From contig KZ538252.1 of the NCBI GenBank assembly GCA_000934665.2, positions 1 through 64,000 on the forward strand: a stretch of 64,000 nucleotides of DNA, read 5' to 3'. Positions 60,701 through 64,000 of this stretch are shown here, one piece after another. The notes beneath the pieces are model-generated. The model was given only the letters and a program-made list of their open reading frames with translations. It was not told where the DNA came from and ran no database searches. The DNA is from Catajapyx aquilonaris. Lineage: Eukaryota. A program made the translations under genes and the position numbers. Numbering within the stretch: position 1 is the stretch's first letter; each line of letters begins with the position of its first letter.

Positions 60701-63119
60701 AAAATACGTAGCTAAGCCGAAGGGAAAACTTTACGCAGCATTCATTGACTTGTCAAAAGCGTTTGATTCTGTGGAGCACGATTTTCTTTGGCGTACAATG
60801 GCTGTCTCCGGGATAAGTTCTAACTTTATTAGGTTGATTAAAGACATCTATGTGAAAGCACACATTATATCCGGGCACCCAGGTCTGGAACCTGTGGGAA
60901 TAACAAAAGGTGTGCTGCAGGGAGAATCACTGTCGCCCACCTTGTTTAACATATTCTTGGCTGATCTGGACGCGGCACTTGCAAAGGGATCATCCCTTAG
61001 TTAATTTAGGAGTGAACCAAAAGGACATCCCGATGTTGATTTACGCTGATGACGTGGCTTTGCTTGCGGATAATCCGATTTATTTACAACAACTGCTGAC
61101 GAGGTTAAATGAGTACTTTGTAAGTGAGGGGTTATCGATTAATCACAAAAAGTCTAAAGTCGTGGTATTCCGGAAGGGAGGGCGCCTATCAAGTAGGACA
61201 CAGTTCATGTTGGGGGGGCCTCCCTTTGGAAATAGTTAATAATTTTCAATATTTAGGGATTCCCTTTGCAATGTCGACTAAATTCACCAGAACTATGGAA
61301 GGTTTCAAGTCAAAAGCCATGGCGGCTATCAACTCAGTATGGTCCTTACTGGTGAGGCTCAGGATACGCGATTACAAAATCGCTATGAAGCTTTTCTACT
61401 CGAAAATTGTTCCAATTATCTAGTGCGGTTTCCCAATCTGGGGGCTGCGGTATGTTTATGAGATGGAAGTGATCAGAATCATTTTTTGAAAAAGTTGTTT
61501 CTGTTGCCTCGGTCGACGGCGGGCTTTTTTCTCAGGTTGGAGCTGAAGCTGCCGCCCCTGGCCTACTGTCTTTTTAGGCAGATAATTCGATTTTATAATA
61601 AGTTGGTGGAAAAGTCGCCAGACACATTAATGGGAAGCGCATTTTCCTACGAAAAACGAATCCACTCAGGAGGACAGACGGTCACATTTAGTTGGCTATC
61701 CAATTTCCGGAAGATGTTGACGGAATTGGAGGTATCCTTCCCGCCCGAGGGTGGATTAGACGTCTCAGTTGTTCTGCCAGAGATCCTGGCAAGATTAAAA
61801 CGCCGGGATAGCTTAGCCCTAGGAAGTTCGAATAGTTACTCAAGCTACGCGAGCTCATTATTAATGAACGGACCAGCAGATACCTACTTATCAGCTTTGT
61901 TACCTCTGCAAATCACTCGTCTGATAATAAATATAAGAAACCTTTCCGCTAATTATTACGTATGCGGAGAGGTGCTGCGAGTGTTTCAAGATGAGCCATG
62001 TGATTATTGTTGTATGATGCAGCCTCAGACTCTCCACCATTTCATTTTCGAGTGTCCAGTTTTCAATGGGCCCAGGGAGCGTTACCTAACAGACTTGCCC
62101 CATTCCCCTCCAGATCGCTTGCTATGGTCCTTCGCAAATATAACAAAGGATCAGGCCTTCAATGTTTTTTTCTTTTTTTAAACGGCCCTCCGTATACAAG
62201 AATTATGTCAAAATTGATTATTGGATAATATATTTCATGTATTTTGGTATGGCTTGCTGTGCACGGTAATATTGATGACAATGCTATTTGTATGTAGGGA
62301 GCAGGATTCCCCCAAAGACCCCGCAAGGGGTGGCACGGGGTAATTGGAAAAAAAAAAAGGCATACAGTAACTGTTCATTGCAAGCTGTTCTCATCCCAAA
62401 ATTTTTCCAGATTGACAGCCATGAAAGTAGCCCAAGTGTGGAAGGAGTTGAGAAACCAACGTCTGGCAGTAAGAAAAAGGGTGCCCCAGCCTCCGTCACA
62501 CCGGCAGTGGAGAAGGACCCTGAGTTCTTCGATCGCATAGCTGACGAAGCAAAAGCGGCTGTGCGCCAAGAGAAGGAACGTGAGGAGAAGAAGGAGGCGA
62601 CCAGGCGGAGGGACAAGTACATCCCTGAGCTGATCAAGATGAATCGTTTCGAGGAGGAGCTCAAGGCCAAGGAGGAAGAGTGCAGGTTTCTAAGGAAGGA
62701 GGTGGAGAAGCTCCGAGTAGACTTGCAAAATGTCAAAACTAGGAACAAAAAGCTCTGCAACATTCTGGCACAGGGAGAGAGTGAGTCTGCCCTTTCGAGG
62801 ATCTCCCCATAATTTCTAACATTGTCCGGGATGCTAATGCCGTTTCGTTTATTTCTGATTCAGTGCGAGACAAGGCTGAAGTAATCGTGGAGATGGAGAG
62901 GTTAAGGAAGGTGAAAGACGAACTGACTGAGGAGGTAAGCAGTCTCTCCGGCCAGCTAGAACAGGAGCGGTCAAAGGTCAGCAACCTCACATCAGAGCTC
63001 AAGAAGAATCAAGTAAGCACACGTTCGTTACTTCTCACAGGGAATTAATATCGGACAGCTGTTATACCAAGTGCATCTTTCCGCAGGGCAAGAAGAAGAA
63101 CAACTCTTCAAACGACTGA
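57758..63119 (+). CDS. GKAP1: G kinase-anchoring protein 1; exons 57758-58063, 58124-58234, 60109-60342, 62411-62780, 62864-63012, 63087-63119
   Basis: ASKFSVLRVE, LKSLAF, WQEWKKRD, YEQDMQQAMLLSKLDYEE, DPEFFDRI, VKTRNKKLCNILAQGE|MRDKAE and LEQERSKV. Junctions are phase-compatible GT-AG. Confidence 0.9.
58791..59057. mobile_element. MITE with CA..TG ends and 8-bp TSD (P/hAT-like)
   Basis: CAAGAGGGTAGTCACT / AGTGACTATACCCCCTTG, flanked by GTTCATAG / GTTTATAG. Confidence 0.82.
59976..60059. mobile_element. Tiny Tc1/mariner-like MITE
   Basis: TA|CAGGGTGTTCTAAATTCGTGGGT ... ACCCGCGAATTTGGAACACCTGG|TA. Confidence 0.7.
60377..62358 (+). mobile_element. 5'-truncated non-LTR retrotransposon (LINE) with frameshifted RT, in GKAP1 intron 3
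   Basis: RT motifs NYRPISLL, QAAFR, FIDLSKAFDSV, GVLQGESLSPTLF, YADD and FQYLG; C-terminal CDYC..HFIFEC zinc knuckle; poly(A) at 62348-62358; TSD GGCATACAGTAAC at 60364-60376 and 62359-62371. Confidence 0.95.
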
Positions 63120-64000
63120 ACTGTTTCACCCGATGTCATAAGGTCGGATTTATTTTTTCAACATTAACATGATAGCAGTGGTGCTACTGTGTCGAATATG
63201 ATGAATTTTTTTGTCCACTTTATGGGTCATGCACATCATGATTTTGGCTTTCTTGTTCTTTATTTTTACTCCGCTGTTACGTAGGATGTGGGAGAAGCTA
63301 CCTCAGTCACTTTGAGATGTGCAGGGCCGTCGTATTACTTAATTATTGGGTGAAGGGAAGGGGGGAGGCGGGTGACATGGTTGCATTTCAATTACTGTTT
63401 ACGTTCGTTGTTGATCTGTGATTTTTACATTTTTTAAATTTGTACTTTGCCTTATTCTGTTAGAGACATTGCTAGACTGTAAGAATTGTTTGTTAGAATT
63501 TTTTTTATTAAGTTTCGTTAGATTCACAGTTTTGTTCACGAGAGGCTTAAGAGCAAGACTGAAACTTTTTTTCGTTCCGATACTTGAAAGGCGAATGAGA
63601 GTGTGAACGTGCCAAATTTTTTTTTCCCCTTAGAAGTTGATGCCCACTGACGAAGCAACAGCAGGTGCGCGAGCCATTGATGATAAAACTAGTTTAAAAG
63701 CTGTATCGGTTGTTTTGCAAGAGACACAAAATCTTCCAAACTTATCTAGTAGTTGTGACGAGAAGTTTGAAGACTGTAATTTAGAGTTTCAGAGCACAGG
63801 TAGTGTTACTGATAGTTGCGATTGAGCAGAAGGGAGGTGCCAGAGTGGTGTACAAAATGAGAAAGAGTCAGAAGAGGGCATCTACTTTTGTACCTCTGTG
63901 TGTTGCGCTTTGTAAAAGGGCAAAGTAAAGCATTTGAAATAATAACTTGTGCGGTTCATTTATTCCTTCCTTGCCGCTACGTACTTAGAAAAACCAGTTG

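Noticed and set aside
63634..63825. Short acidic ORF after an AG acceptor downstream of GKAP1
   Set aside because: No homology recognised. It could be an alternative terminal exon or UTR, but there is no supporting evidence.

Overview
This is eukaryotic, intron-containing animal DNA, most likely arthropod. That call is inferred from a DrICE/Dcp-1-like caspase and arthropod-style Pygopus and PTP-MEG2; the species cannot be determined. I reconstructed exons by hand for 12 protein-coding genes. Left cluster: misato (-), PTS (+), effector caspase (-) and an orphan coiled-coil ORF (+). Middle: PTPN9/PTP-MEG2 (-), 30 kb with introns full of transposable elements (TEs). Right cluster: DCP2 (-), GTPBP3/MnmE (-), CATSPER2 (-), TTLL6/13 polyglutamylase (+), pygopus (-), LRRC57 (+) and GKAP1 (+). 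The most striking result is an apparently intact sperm calcium-channel subunit, CatSper2, a family absent from Drosophila and C. elegans. It lies head-to-head (288 bp) with an axonemal tubulin polyglutamylase across a near-consensus RFX X-box, and its stop codon is only 40 nt from the GTPBP3 start. Many of the genes have human orthologues in the 1q21-22/5q/9q21/15q/19p13 paralogon, suggesting ancient linkage. Non-coding DNA holds many MITEs (hAT-, P-, Tc1/mariner- and Kolobok-like, several nested), non-autonomous Helitrons, two tRNA-derived SINEs, a 5'-truncated LINE with target-site duplication (TSD), and minisatellites. Gene identities come from recognising protein motifs, not from database searches.
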